Below the pieces are notes generated by a model. That model was given only the letters and a program-made list of their open reading frames with translations. It made no database searches and was not told the DNA's origin. Shown one piece after another: positions 1 to 11,907 of a stretch of 64,000 bases of DNA. A program made the position numbers and the translations under genes. Position 1 is the stretch's first letter, and every line of letters begins with the position of its first letter. The stretch is from NCBI RefSeq assembly GCF_004010195.1, contig NC_057754.1, positions 1,392,269 to 1,456,268 of the forward strand, written 5' to 3'. This stretch comes from Chiloscyllium plagiosum (lineage: Eukaryota).

Positions 1-215
1 ACACTGGGGTACAGTACTGGTGGGGACAGATCTGTCACTGTATAACACTGGGGTACAGTACTGGTGGGGACAGATCTGTCACTGTATTACACTGGGGTAC
101 AGTACTGGTGGGGACAGGTCTGTCAGTGTATAACACTGGGGTACAGTACTGGTGGGGACAGATCTGTCACTGTATAATACTGGGGTACAGTACTGGTGGG
201 GACAGGTCTGTCAAT
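1..215. repeat. 44-bp minisatellite, about 5 copies visible, runs off the window edge
   Basis: Unit ACACTGGGGTACAGTACTGGTGGGGACAGATCTGTCACTGTATA recurs with period 44, in the DPP3 intron after the 273-366 exon. Confidence 0.92.
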
Positions 216-272
216 GGTGTACACTAACATTGGAGAGACTGAAGAAAGTTTCCACATCTTTGAAGCCCTTAC

Positions 273-366
273 CATCCTTTATCACAGAGGCAAGTCTGAC
301 CTCGTACAGCAACTTGCCATCAGCTCCCTCTGTTTTAAACAGCCGAGTATTGTACGCACTGATATC
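273..366 (-). CDS. DPP3: Dipeptidyl peptidase 3, 5th coding exon (94 bp)
   Basis: cag|GAT ATC AGT GCG TAC AAT ACT CGG CTG TTT AAA...GAT G|gtaagg; DISAYNTRLFKTEGADGKLLYEVRLASVIKD matches the DPP3 NLSAYNTRLFK...YEVRLASV segment. Not present in the ORF track. Confidence 0.95.
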
Positions 367-1547
367 CTGAGGGGGTGAAAATGTAAGAGAAATTATTCCA
401 TGAATGCTTTACATTTCCCGAGAAATTGTTCCTGCTTTCACAATACTCCCCACCCCAGCAGTTGGAGGGTGGGTACAGAGAACAAGACAGTGTGCGCTAT
501 CCTATTGGTCCCACTAACCCATGTAGCCTTGTAAATTTGCCTCTTCAAACGATCCAATGCCCTTTTGAAAGCCTTAACTGAACCTGCTTCTTGTACATGC
601 TCAGATACAGCACCTTCCAGATCCTGACCCCTTGCTGGCAGGGATATGGAGGGCTGAATGGCCTCCTCCTGCTACGTGAGCATTCTAGAATTCTGTGCCA
701 ATTACATATCAAGGGTCCGAGATCCAACACTGTGTCACTGTCGCTCCAGCCAAGCCATTTTATCACAGGCTCTTTGGGGTTATTTGTACTAACCAGCCAG
801 TACCAAGTCCTGATTGTGAAGATCGAGACACAAAGGCCTTTGAACTTGTATAGAAAGCAGGTGACCTCTCAAAGGGTGGTTAAACAAGGACAATTTGAGT
901 AAAACCCAACAGAACCACACGAGTTAACTCCACTGGCTGTGCCTGGAGGGGTTAATTATCCCAGAGCCATAGTCATAGAGCACGGAACGGAAACAGACCC
1001 TTCAGTCCAACTCGTGCATGCCGACCCGATATCCTAACCTCATCTCGTCCCATTTACCAGCACTTGGCCATTATCCCTCCAAACCCTTCCTATTCATATA
1101 CCCATCCAGATGCCTTTTACATGTTGGCATTGTACCAGCCTCCACCACTTCCTCTGGCAGCTCATTCCATACACATTCAAGGTGGAGAATGTGACATTTA
1201 ATTTTAGGACACCTTCTTCAGGAAGATAAAGATTCAAAACAGGTTTAAAACATAATACTGGGATTAGGAGCCCCATTAAAATCCTTGAACTCGTCGTCTC
1301 TAAGCCATGTTGACTACAACACTTCAAGATGGCGGCTAACGGAGCCATTAGGGACAGACAATAAATGCTGCACAAGCAACTCCCAGGATTTATTACATTT
1401 GTTCACGAAATATGTACGAGTTGAACCAACCCCAGAGTGCAGAAAAGCTCCTGCACAAAGCCTTGACCCAGCCCCGGGGCACAAACTCCACGAAGACTCC
1501 CACCAATAAAACTCTGCGACAGGTCCCAAGCAGAAACGTTCACCCAC

Positions 1548-1622
1548 CTTCGAATCCAGAAACTTCTGTGCTAGCTCAGCATCCTTCAGCGCGCAGTTCC
1601 CAGAGAAATAGGTGGTGATGCC
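1548..1622 (-). CDS. DPP3: Dipeptidyl peptidase 3, 4th coding exon (75 bp)
   Basis: cag|GGC ATC ACC ACC TAT TTC TCT GGG AAC TGC...TCG AAG|gtgggt; GITTYFSGNCALKDAELAQKFLDSK; phase 0-0. Confidence 0.95.
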
Positions 1623-3930
1623 CTGGAGGAAGGAGGATTGTTGGAGAGTTTAACGTCAAGTTACCAATTACTCGCTGCACCCAACACAGAAGGATTTGCC
1701 CACTAATACCATCTGGTCTCAGCTGGGCCCACTGACGGCCTTCAGGGAAGGAAGCTGCCATCCTTACCCGGCCCAGCCCATCAGTAACTCGAGACCCACA
1801 GCAACGTGGTTGACTCTGAGCCATAAATGACACCCACATTCTGTGACAGAATAAGAGTAAATGCATTTAAATTGGGCTTTGAAATGTTCTAAAACACCCA
1901 AGATGATGGACAGATGGTTAAAAGCTGATTATGTCACAGCACTGAGCCAGAGGACAAGATCTTAGACCGAAGTCAAGGAGGCAGGCATTAATGGAGCACT
2001 GCTTCATGAACTAACAAAAACAGACAACAGTTGAGAAAGAATGGGCAAGAGAGAGAACCATGACATGAAAACACTTTGTTTAAGTTGAATTTTGAGTTGA
2101 AAGGATTGTGAGCATTTGAAAGGACTGAGGAGATACTTGGACCTTTTTGTTTTGAAAAAAGCCTAACCAAAGGATAACCTTTCAGGTCCCATCTTGGAAG
2201 TGACAGGGCCAAAGTGAGGAGTTCAGACAGAGTTAATGGAAGCCACCTGCCTGGGTTTATGGCTTTGTTTTGAATACGGTTTGTTCGGTTGAGGTATAGC
2301 TCAGAGAGAGAGCAGGTAGACAGCTCATCCTCCATGCCTCTGGTAAGACTCCTTTCGACGGTCCTAAACTCCTCGGCCAGCTGTTTGGAAAAGCCTCTGG
2401 AAGAGGTTTTCTCGACGTTTCCTGAACGAGCTCCGGTGACCGGTCTTTAGCGAGACACCCCACTGCAACTAGTCTGGAACATTTCAGACCTTGTCCTTGC
2501 ATAACCCCAACAACTAACAATTGTCAGTCAAAATGTGTTTGTATTTCCATACCCCAAAGCTAATTACTGCAGAGAAAAGCTCTCTCTTTCATTACCCTGT
2601 GAAGGTGCACACGTTTACCCTGGGTCACATAGGAGAGGAAAAACTTATACTTTCACATTTCAAACAAATTTAACTAACTTTACTGAATAAATTTACTGAA
2701 TAAATTTTCCTGTCACAGGCATAGAGATGTACAGCACGGAAACAGACCCTTCGGTCCAACCCGTCCATTCCGACCAGATATCCCAACCCAATCTAGTCCC
2801 ACCTGTCAGCACCCGGCCCATATCCCTCCAAACCCTTCCTTTCATATACCCATCCAAATGCCTCTTAAATGTTGCAATTGTATCAGCCTCCACCACATCC
2901 TCTGGCAGCTCATTTTGTAGTTTATTAAAGAAGCCCTTTTTTTTTTTAAATTAAAAGAAAACCATCTATACCTAATGCAGACAAAATGCCTACCTGGTCA
3001 AAGTGAATACCAGGCGGAGTATTTACATTTCTATTGTGACTAGTGACTAGTGAGGAGGTGGGACTCCAAAAGCTCACTTAACAAGGGTGACGCCCTCAGG
3101 AAACTCAGCTCTCAACAATGTCAGTACACACAATCCCCTTTGAACAAAGAGATTTAAGTAGGAAAACTAGATGAACCATTGTGGAAGAAAAGGATGATGC
3201 CAGGGTTAGAGAGCTGAGCTATAGGGGAGAGGCCAAAGAGGTTGGGCTGTTTTCCCTGGAGCCAAAGAGCTGAGGGGTGACCTTACAGAGATTTATAAAA
3301 TCATGAGAGGCACGGATAGAGTGTATTTTCCCCAGGATGGGGGAGTCCAAACCAGAGAAACATAAGCTAGTGCTTCCAATTAAACCTGTTGGACTATAAC
3401 CTGGTGTTGTGTGATTTTTAACTTTGTCCACCCCAGTCCAACACCAGCATCTCCGAAACATAAGTTTAGGGTGAGAGGGGAAAGATTTAAAAGGGACCCA
3501 AGGTGTAACTTTTTTCACACAGAGGGTGATGTGTGTATGGAAGGAGCTGCCAGAGGAAGTGGTGGAGGCTGGTACAATTACAGCATTTAAAAGGCAATCG
3601 GATGGGTATATGAATAGGAAGGGTTTGGAGGGATATGGGCCGGATGCTGGCAAATGGGACTTGATTAGGTTGGGATACCTGGTCAGAATGGACAAGTTGG
3701 ACCGAAGGGCTTGTTTCCACGCTGTACATCTCCATGCCTCAACGATAGGGGGAGACAAAAAGGAGGGTGGGAGGAGCACGGAGTGGATTGATCCGACGGC
3801 CTGTGGCAAATCCAACTCGCCTTTTAGCCAGGATGTTGTTGTTTTTACTATTCTCCTGCGGAGAGCCATACCTCGCCTCGATGGGAAAGCCAGTGGAGGG
3901 TTTGTACACCCTGACTGAAAGTTTCCTTAC

Positions 3931-4068
3931 CTTCTCTCCAAGACCCAGCTGCTTCTGTCTGTCATCGAGAGAGAAGATGAGCTGACCGCACACCCTCCAC
4001 AGGCACTCTATCTCTCCTGGCTTCTGTTTGTAGGCTGCGCTGTGCCACACCAGCGCTTTCAGCTTCTC
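3931..4068 (-). CDS. DPP3: Dipeptidyl peptidase 3, 3rd coding exon (138 bp)
   Basis: cag|GAG AAG CTG...GGA GAG AAG|gtaagg; EKLKALVWHSAAYKQKPGEIECLWRVCGQLIFSLDDRQKQLGLGEK, inside ORF 3739..4089. Confidence 0.94.
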
Positions 4069-4662
4069 CTGCATTACACAAAAGAACAATTGTGGATAGG
4101 GGCTTCTCTCTCAGGAGGGTGGGGGGGGGGGGTGAGGAGGAAATACAGTGTGCAAATGCTAACTGCTCACACAAGGCCGAGCTTACACTCGACACAGCCT
4201 AACCAGCAGCTTAAGGCTGCTTGAGACCATTCAATAGGATCATGCTCCATATACAGGACAGTGTAGGAAAACCACATTGAGGTGGAACACCACTCCAGAC
4301 CCTGTCGGAATAGCCAAGCTCAAGGGGCCGAGTGGCCTTATACTCCTCGCTTTTTAAGTTCCATTTTCCTGCAGAAACCCCTCCTTCCCCAAAACCTCTT
4401 GCTCTCCCCACTGCCTTGAGTCTGCCCATTGAATGAGCATCCAGAGCCCCCTGGAGTAGGGAATTACCAAGATTCACCAACCAAGCGAGTGACAACATTT
4501 CTCATCTTATCAGTTCATTCAGCTCGAGACTCTGACCCTCTCCCCCACACACACAGACACACAGAACCTTCCAAGATTTTGGGTGCTATGGAAACATTAA
4601 GAACTCCCAAGGCCCTTAGACATTCCAGAATTCCAACAAGACGGATTAACGCTCGCTGCTAA

Positions 4663-5165
4663 GGCACGGTGGCTCAGTGGTTAGCACTGCTACCTTCTAG
4701 CGCCAGGGACCTGGTTCAATTCCCACCTTCGGGTGACTGTCTGTGTGGAGTTTGCATGTTCTCCCTGTGTCTGCCTGGATTTCCTCCAGGTGCTCCAGTT
4801 TCCTCCCACAATCCAAAGATGTACAGGTTCGGTTGGATTGGCCATGGGAAAGTGTCTCATAGTGCCCAGGGATGTGCAGGTTAGGGTGGGTTGGCCATGG
4901 GAAATTGTCCCATAGTGCCCAGGGATGTGCAGGTTAGGGTGGATTGGCCGTGGGGAATTGTCCCACAGTGCCCAGGGATGTGCAGGTTAGGGTGGATTGG
5001 CCGTGGGAAATTGTCCCATAGTGCCCAGGGATGTGCAGGTTAGGTGGGTTAGCCAGGGGAAAACACAGGATTATAGGGATAGGGCTTGGGTGCGATGCTC
5101 TTTGAAGGGTTGGTGTGGACCCTTTGAACCGAATGGCCTGCCTCCACACTGTAGGGATTCTACCA
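4663..5165 (+). mobile_element. HE1-type tRNA-derived V-SINE with internal about 53-bp tandem expansion
   Basis: A box TGGCTCAGTGG, B box GGTTCAATTCC, V-domain GTGTGGAGTTTGCA.GTTCTCCC; about four copies of TTAGGGTGGATTGGCC.TGGGAAATTGTCCCATAGTGCCCAGGGATGTGCAGG. Confidence 0.88.
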
Positions 5166-6221
5166 TCCCCCAAGGATTGGGAGCCAGCTTAATCCCCCTC
5201 AATTCCTCCATCACTCTGCAGTATGACAGCGCGGATGAATGAGAGGGAGTAGACCCCAGTGTCTCTAGCCTGCTCTGATATTTAGCGAGATCACATCCTC
5301 ATCCCCCGCGATCACCTTTCAAGTTTGTTTATTGAGCTTCTATCCAATTCGGCCGGAGGAATATTCCAAAGGTGCTGCCTCCACCACCTTCTGGAAGAGA
5401 AAGCTCAAGGATCATGGACTCAGAGAGAAATGGCGTCTCCTCATCGCCATCTGAAATCGCCGACTCGGAACTGAAACAGGGACTACGAATTCAGGATTCT
5501 CCCACCAGAGATCCTCATCAAAACCTCCAACATGTCTCGATCAAGTCCCCCCTCTTACACTCCTCAAGTCCAGAGGATACAAGCCCAGTCTTTCCTCAGA
5601 AGACAACACACTCATTCCAGGTATTAGTCCCCCTCGCTGGCACTATTTTCCTGTCTACATTTTATTTTCCACTTGGATTCGAAGGGAGACAGCGTTTGGG
5701 GAAAATCCAACTGGACTGGGGCTTGGTCCCAAGCCGCAGCTGAAGCAGCAGTACTTCAGACAGTGCAGCTCCCCCTCTGCACCGAACAGGACAATTCTCG
5801 TACAGGCTCACTCCTGTTTGAGCCCTGTGGGACGGCCAGCTTTTGTCATCTTTTCCTCAGTTACCCCTGGAGATGGGAAAGCAATGGTAATCCCATTGAA
5901 TTAGTCACCTGGGCTCTGCCGTCCTTACCCGGTCTGACTCCACACCCACAGCAACTATTACCTGCCCTCTGAAATGACCCAGCGAGCCACCCTGTACAAG
6001 GGGCAGTTAGGGAAACAAATACTCGTCTTACTGTCAACGCTCACATCCCCAAAAGGCAAACAGAAACATGGGGTGGGGGTGAGCTGCTCTCTTCCGTATC
6101 ACTGTAGACACACCCGGAGTGATGTCAGGGTGCCCCCTCCACTAGGACACTGGAGCACGGCTGCACCTCACAGTCAACAGGGGAAGGGGAGGGTTTTTTA
6201 ACAACGTCTTTAACATGGTAC

Positions 6222-6311
6222 CTGAGGTAGGTTAGGCACAAACTTGGTGTCTCCGAATGACTTGTAGTTGCCCATGTTGGAATAAACACCTGCTGCATAG
6301 ACAAGGAATGC
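6222..6311 (-). CDS. DPP3: Dipeptidyl peptidase 3, 2nd coding exon (90 bp)
   Basis: cag|GCA TTC CTT GTC TAT...CTA CCT CAG|gtacca; AFLVYAAGVYSNMGNYKSFGDTKFVPNLPQ, containing the conserved DPP3 GNYKSFGDTKF motif. Confidence 0.97.
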
Positions 6312-6491
6312 CTGAAAGAGAGGAAACACCACGAGCAATCATCAAACACACAGTGCTACCGCAGGAGTGAATGAAGGAATTAACTTTATTGTCACACGTA
6401 CTCAAATGGTTACAGTGGAAAGTTTACACATCGCCACTTACAGCACCATCTTAGGTACCCAGGTACAGAATAGAGAATTTTTTTTAATATA

Positions 6492-7759
6492 AGATTCCCT
6501 ACAGTGTGGAAACAGGCCCTTCGGCCCAACAAGTCCATACCAACCCTCCGAAGAGTAACCCATTTCCCCCTGACTAATGCACCTCACACTCTGGGACAAT
6601 TTCCCACGGCCAATCCACCCTNNNNNNNNNNNNNNNNNNNNNNNNNNNNNNNNNNNNNNNNNNNNNNNNNNNNNNNNNNNNNNNNNNNNNNNNNNNNNNN
6701 NNNNNNNNNNNNNNNNNNNNNNNNNNNNNNNNNNNNNNNNNNNNNNNNNNNNNNNNNNNNNNNNNNNNNNNNNNNNNNNNNNNNNNNNNNNNNNNNNNNN
6801 NNNNNNNNNNNNNNNNNNNNNNNNNNNNNNNNNNNNNNNNNNNNNNNNNNNNNNNNNNNNNNNNNNNNNNNNNNNNNNNNNNNNNNNNNNNNNNNNNNNN
6901 NNNNNNNNNNNNNNNNNNNNNNNNNNNNNNNNNNNNNNNNNNNNNNNNNNNNNNNNNNNNNNNNNNNNNNNNNNNNNNNNNNNNNNNNNNNNNNNNNNNN
7001 NNNNNNNNNNNNNNNNNNNNNNNNNNNNNNNNNNNNNNNNNNNNNNNNNNNNNNNNNNNNNNNNNNNNNNNNNNNNNNNNNNNNNNNNNNNNNNNNNNNN
7101 NNNNNNCATGGCCAATCCACCCGAACCTGCACATCTTTGGACTGTAGGAGGAAACCGGCGCACCCGGAGGAAACCCACGCAGACACGGCGGGGGGAGAAC
7201 ATGCAAACTCCACCCAAGGCTGGAATCAAAGCCAACTCCCTGGCGCTGTGAGGCAGCAGTGCGAACCACTGAGCCACCCAAATGAAGTACAATTGTCACT
7301 TTACAATGATACCCCTTACTGGGAGGGGACTGCGCTGTATCAGTTTAAAGCAGAATTCTCGACAGAAGCACAGAAGACAGATAGGCTTTGAGGAGGCCAT
7401 TTGGCCCACTGTGCATGTGTCTTTTTTTACATTACATTACATTACAGATTACATTACATTACAGTGTGGAAACAGGCCCTTCGGCCCAACAAGTCCACAC
7501 CGACCCGCCGAAGCGAAACCCACCCATACCCCTACATTTACCCCTTACCTAACACTACGGGCAATTTAGCATGGCCAATTCACCTGACCCTGCACATCTT
7601 TTGGACTGTGGGAGGAAACCGGAGCACCCGGAGGAAACCCACGCAGACACGGGGAGAACGTGCAAACTCCACACAGTCAGTCGCCTGAGGCGGGAATTGA
7701 ACCCGGGTCTCAGGCGCTGTGAGGCAGCAGTGCTAACCACTGTGCCACCGTGCCGCCCA
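6492..7759 (-). mobile_element. Two HE1 SINEs (about 6492-7278 spanning a gap; about 7428-7759 full length)
   Basis: Reverse complement of GGCGGCACGGTGGCACAGTGGTTAGCACTGCTGCCTCACAG...GGGCCTGTTTCCACACTGTAA plus a short tandem tail. Confidence 0.9.
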
Positions 7760-9329
7760 CTGTCTAGTTCATCTCGTCCCACAGAACTGTTAACCTGCAA
7801 ATAACTCATCGATCGAGCCTGCCCCCATCAGACTCTCACAAAGCCAAGTCCAGTTTACTGTCATGGGAACAGTGGGCCAATGGGTTGTGTGCTCCAGACA
7901 TTCTAAGACGGGGTCTTCATTTTACGCCTCTGTCCCGGATCAAGTTGGGCATTGCTAGAGCACGCCCCAGGCTTTCTGGGGGCTTGATGGTCCAAGACAG
8001 CCAATGCTTTTGGAGACATTTTAAGGACAGCCTATTCCGAACGTTTGCGAGATAAGGAGTCGTCAGGACTTCGGGACAAGAGGTGCCTTTGGGGACGGGG
8101 GATCTGGGACAGCTCCAGCCACGAAATCCAACAGAACCACAGCGTGTGGTAACTTCAGCAGCGGTTCCTGAAGGAGTTAATCGTCCCACAGATATCAAGT
8201 CACATTGTGCTTTTAGCTCTGAAGCAGAAAGTGAAACTGAGGTGAGGATTAGTTTTCTGGAGCAGACCGATGCGAGGTGGGGCGAGGCCAACCACAGCAA
8301 TGTTGGCGAGGGGTCAATGAGAAGACTGGGATGAATTACACAGACAGGTTGCACCAATGACAGTAATATTTACAAAGTTTTTGTGAATAGAACAGCAGGT
8401 TTGGTGAGACTTTAGCTGACAGGCTCAGACAGCATCTCACTCATGTCAAGCTACGCCAGACAGGTCAAAGTGAAGAGCCAGACCCCTGCCTCCGTTACAG
8501 ACGGCCTGGGCTGATGTCACTACGTGGGAGCTTGCTATGCGCAAATTCGCTGCCACCTTTTTGTATGACAGTGACTGCAGCTGATTGGCTGTGCAGCTTC
8601 AGGATGTCTTGGAGTGGTGGAGGGAATGGCATGAACAGAAACTCTGTTTATAGACAATAGGTGCAGGAGTAGGCCATTCAGCCCTTCGAGCCTGCACCAC
8701 CACTCATTATGGTCATGGCTGATCAGCCACAATCAGTATCCTGTTCCTGCCTTATCCCCACTATCCTTAAGAGCTCTATCCATCTCTTTCTTGAAAGTAG
8801 CCAGAGACTTGGCTTCCACTGCCTTCTGGGGCAGAGCATTCCCTATATCCACCACTCTCTGGGTGAAGAAGTTTCCCCTCAACTCTGTTCTAAATGGCCT
8901 ACCCCTTATTTTCAAACTGTGTCCTCTGGTTCTTGACTCACCCATCAGCGGAAACATGCTTCCTGCCTCCAGAGTGTCCACTCCTTTAATAATCTTATAC
9001 GTCTCAATCAGATCCCCTCTCATCCTTCTAAACTCAAGTGTATACAAGCCCAGCCCCTCACATCAGGAGGGGTTCTAGAGGCTGAGGGGAGGAATATCGA
9101 GATGGAGGGGGCGAGAATAGCGACGGAGTCGGGAAATGCAGGATTTTCAAAAAGCACAAACTAGTTTTTAAAAACTGCTGAGGTAACAGAATACAGGGTG
9201 GGGACTGGGGAGAGCCTGGAAAAATAAATCAAAGTGACATTTTAAAAAGGTCACAATGTTCACTGTTTACCAGTGCATGAACTGGAGGCGTTCCTGCAAG
9301 GGTTTATGGATTCACAGCTGAAACTTTAT

Positions 9330-9410
9330 TGCTGGAACAGCACAGCAGGTCAGGCAGCATCTAGGGAACAGAAGATTCGACGTTTCGGGCACATGCCCTT
9401 CTTCAGGAAT
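9330..9410 (-). mobile_element. Penelope-like element fragment with an intact minimal type I hammerhead ribozyme motif (9375-9410)
   Basis: Minus strand reads ATTC-CTGAAGA-A-GGGC-ATGT-GCCC-GAA-ACGT-C-GAAT: CUGANGA and GAAA core, stem II, palindromic stem III ACGU, GUC cleavage triplet, stem I AUUC/GAAU. Confidence 0.75.
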
Positions 9411-10002
9411 GATTTATGGATTCACTGCTTGCTTTTTCTAAGGAAACCGTTGTGGCTGACTCCCATGCTGGGAATCCAAGTGTGTTTGGTCACATTGATA
9501 GGAGCAGGATCACAGTACAAGGCTTAGCTCAGGACACGAGGGTAACATCGAATTGTAAATAACACTCCCTCACCCAAAGTCATTTCAAACAAGCACAGAG
9601 CATTGGCGTGTAGCACCCATCTCCTGCACACCAAGGGCCTGCTCGTCTTACAGTCTTCTCACTCTGGTCTGATGGGTCCAGCTCACATTCTGCAGGGACA
9701 CTCGATGGGTCAGGGTTGTTTGGGGGTTTGAGCACACCCTCCGTTACCCCAATCTCTCTTCTGCACGTCCTGACCAAGTCTCTCTTTCTCTCTCTCTCTC
9801 TCTCCCATCTCAGTGTTCACCTCCTGCTGTGGTGGGTCCCGGCCTGCTCTCTCGGCTCAGCGTGCGAGTGGATCGTGCCTGGGCGTATTCCCAGAGGCCC
9901 ATGGAGGGATGGGGAAATCGGAGAGGCTGCAGTTCCTGCAGCAGCGACGGACAATAGTATCTGTGGCAGCAGAATCGAGAATGGGCTGCTGAGACTCATC
10001 AC

Positions 10003-10118
10003 GTTCCTGGTGAACGGTTTATGCCCGAAACAACGACTCTCCAGCTCCTCAGTTGCTGCCTGACCAGCTGTGCTTTTCCACTCTGATCTCCAGCGCCTGC
10101 AATCCTCACTTTCTCCTC
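10003..10118 (+). mobile_element. Penelope-like fragment with a degenerate hammerhead motif
   Basis: TTCCTGGTGAACGGTTTATGCCCGAAACAACGACTCTCC...GCTGCCTGACCAGCTGTGCTTTTCCA; same family as 9330-9410. Confidence 0.65.
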
Positions 10119-10155
10119 ATCAAACTACGACAGACTTTAATGTACACCATTACTA

Positions 10156-10356
10156 CAGTCAGTCCTGACATGACATGATAGTTCTGCTCTTGTCTTATAA
10201 GAAAATCGTGCAGTAGCCGCGCCATTTAAACCAATGAGACGTGAACTGCATTATAGTCAATACAGGTAAGGAAAGTTCACGTTCTACAAATAAACTCTTC
10301 AATCACATTATAGCCAATTCACGTTGAAGAAACATGCGTTAAAGCAGAAGTGACTG
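10156..10356. mobile_element. MITE of Tc1-mariner/pogo (Tigger-like) type
   Basis: TA|CAGTCAGTCCTG...CAGAAGTGACTG|TA: imperfect terminal inverted repeats starting CAGTCA with TA flanks; 201 bp, non-coding. Confidence 0.65.
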
Positions 10357-11637
10357 TATTTCTTTATTTTTCTACCATGCTACGAACAGTAATGCTTAAC
10401 TTTTTAATTCTCGTTTCTCTCACTATTTCGTACCCAAATGTTTTTCCTACCTTGGTATCCAAGATGGCGCACTGTTTGGCTACTTTTCACTGTACACGTG
10501 AAAATAAAATCTAAAAACCTCAAGTGAACAGTGTCGACCCCTTCTTTTGGAGTCAATCCTGTGCTACCCCGGGGTCTCCTGAGTGGGGAGATTGGGGTCT
10601 GCTTCACTGCTGGCCCTGTTACCCTGGGGACGGAGCTGAATCTCAGGGATTACAGCCTCCACGCTGGGCAATTTGCTCAGGAGCAGGACACTGCTGTGGG
10701 ACTGCCCTTCCTCCCACTGGGTTTGGAGGATCTGGCAAAGGTAGGCGCTCTGAGATGCCGGAGGCTCTCCGACTCTTGGCTGCCTGGGGAAGCGTGTCCC
10801 AGCCTCAACACGGTCTCCAGCCATTTGGCCCATCGGTTGGCGTTTCTGCGCCATACTAGCCGGTGTACAGCTGTGTCGCAGCAGGCCATTCAGCCCCCAA
10901 GGGCCTGTGCTGGCTCTTTGGGAGCACTGTCACACTCCTCCAAACGCGCTCCAACCAACACCACCCCCCCCCCCCACCAACTCCCAACATCCTACAAACT
11001 TCAACGGAGGGGGGGAGGGAGGGAGGCCCTCACCAAGACACTGGTGAAATGAGCAGCTCCGCGTCTCTCTCTCTCTTACCCCTCCATCAGATACTCCGTC
11101 AATTCACCCTCTTACACTCGGGCTTGAGGGAGGGAGATAGGGAGGGAGGGAGGGAGATAGGGAGGGAGGGAGGGAGGGAACGGCAGTTCAAGATGAGAAG
11201 ATTCCAGAGGGTAGCATCAAAGAGAGAGAGTGGAGCTGGGAGAGAGTTGGAATGGTCATGTCTGGAGGTGACAAAGATGGGGGTGAGGGCTTCAGCAGCA
11301 GATGGGCTGCGATGGGCTGAGGCTGTGAAATCAGCCGGTGTCCTTTTGAGAGCGTGAGGTCAGAGCCTGATGTTGGGGTGCAAAGTGAAAACGAGGCGGC
11401 GATCAGACTGGTTTAACGTCAGACCGTCAGCAGGGAGAGGGACAGACTGAGTGGATCAGGAACACCGATCGGGATGGGAGCTGCATGCACTCTAAATCAC
11501 GGCAAAGCTCTGCCTGGCTCTGGCGAGGACAGGGTGGAAGGGGAGGAGAGACATAAACGATGGAAAGAGCTCCATCGTTTCAAAGCCCCGGGGTCGACCG
11601 GGAGAGGACGGCGTCAAGCGGGGATACGACGGGTTAC

Positions 11638-11907
11638 CTGGTATTCCTCAGACGTAATCCCAACGGAAGTGGCAGTCTCCTGTAGCTCGGAGAGGGGCTG
11701 AGCTCGGAACAATTTCTGAAGCAGCACATAGATGGCAGGTGACTCTGGGGAGGTCTGCAGCAGCACCACCAGCCCCCCGTACCAGGACGCCCGGGAGATG
11801 TAGTGAGCGTAGAGTTTCTCCTCCTTCGACAGCAGCAGGAAGGCGTTCTGGCAGTCCAGCACTGAGATGCCAATGTCATTGGGCAAAATGTACTGAGAGT
11901 CCACCAT
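11638..11907 (-). CDS. DPP3: Dipeptidyl peptidase 3, first coding exon (270 bp)
   Basis: MVDSQYILPNDIGISVLDC...KLYAHYISRASWYGGLVVLLQTSPESP...EEYQ|gtaacc. An acceptor AG lies 20 nt upstream of the ATG (exon starts about 11927), implying a non-coding exon 1 near the CpG island. Confidence 0.97.

Noticed and set aside
1990..3060. Possible solo LTR (similar character at 21560-22220)
   Set aside because: The composition is suggestive, but I could not define TG...CA ends, a target-site duplication or a PBS/PPT; it needs a repeat-library search.
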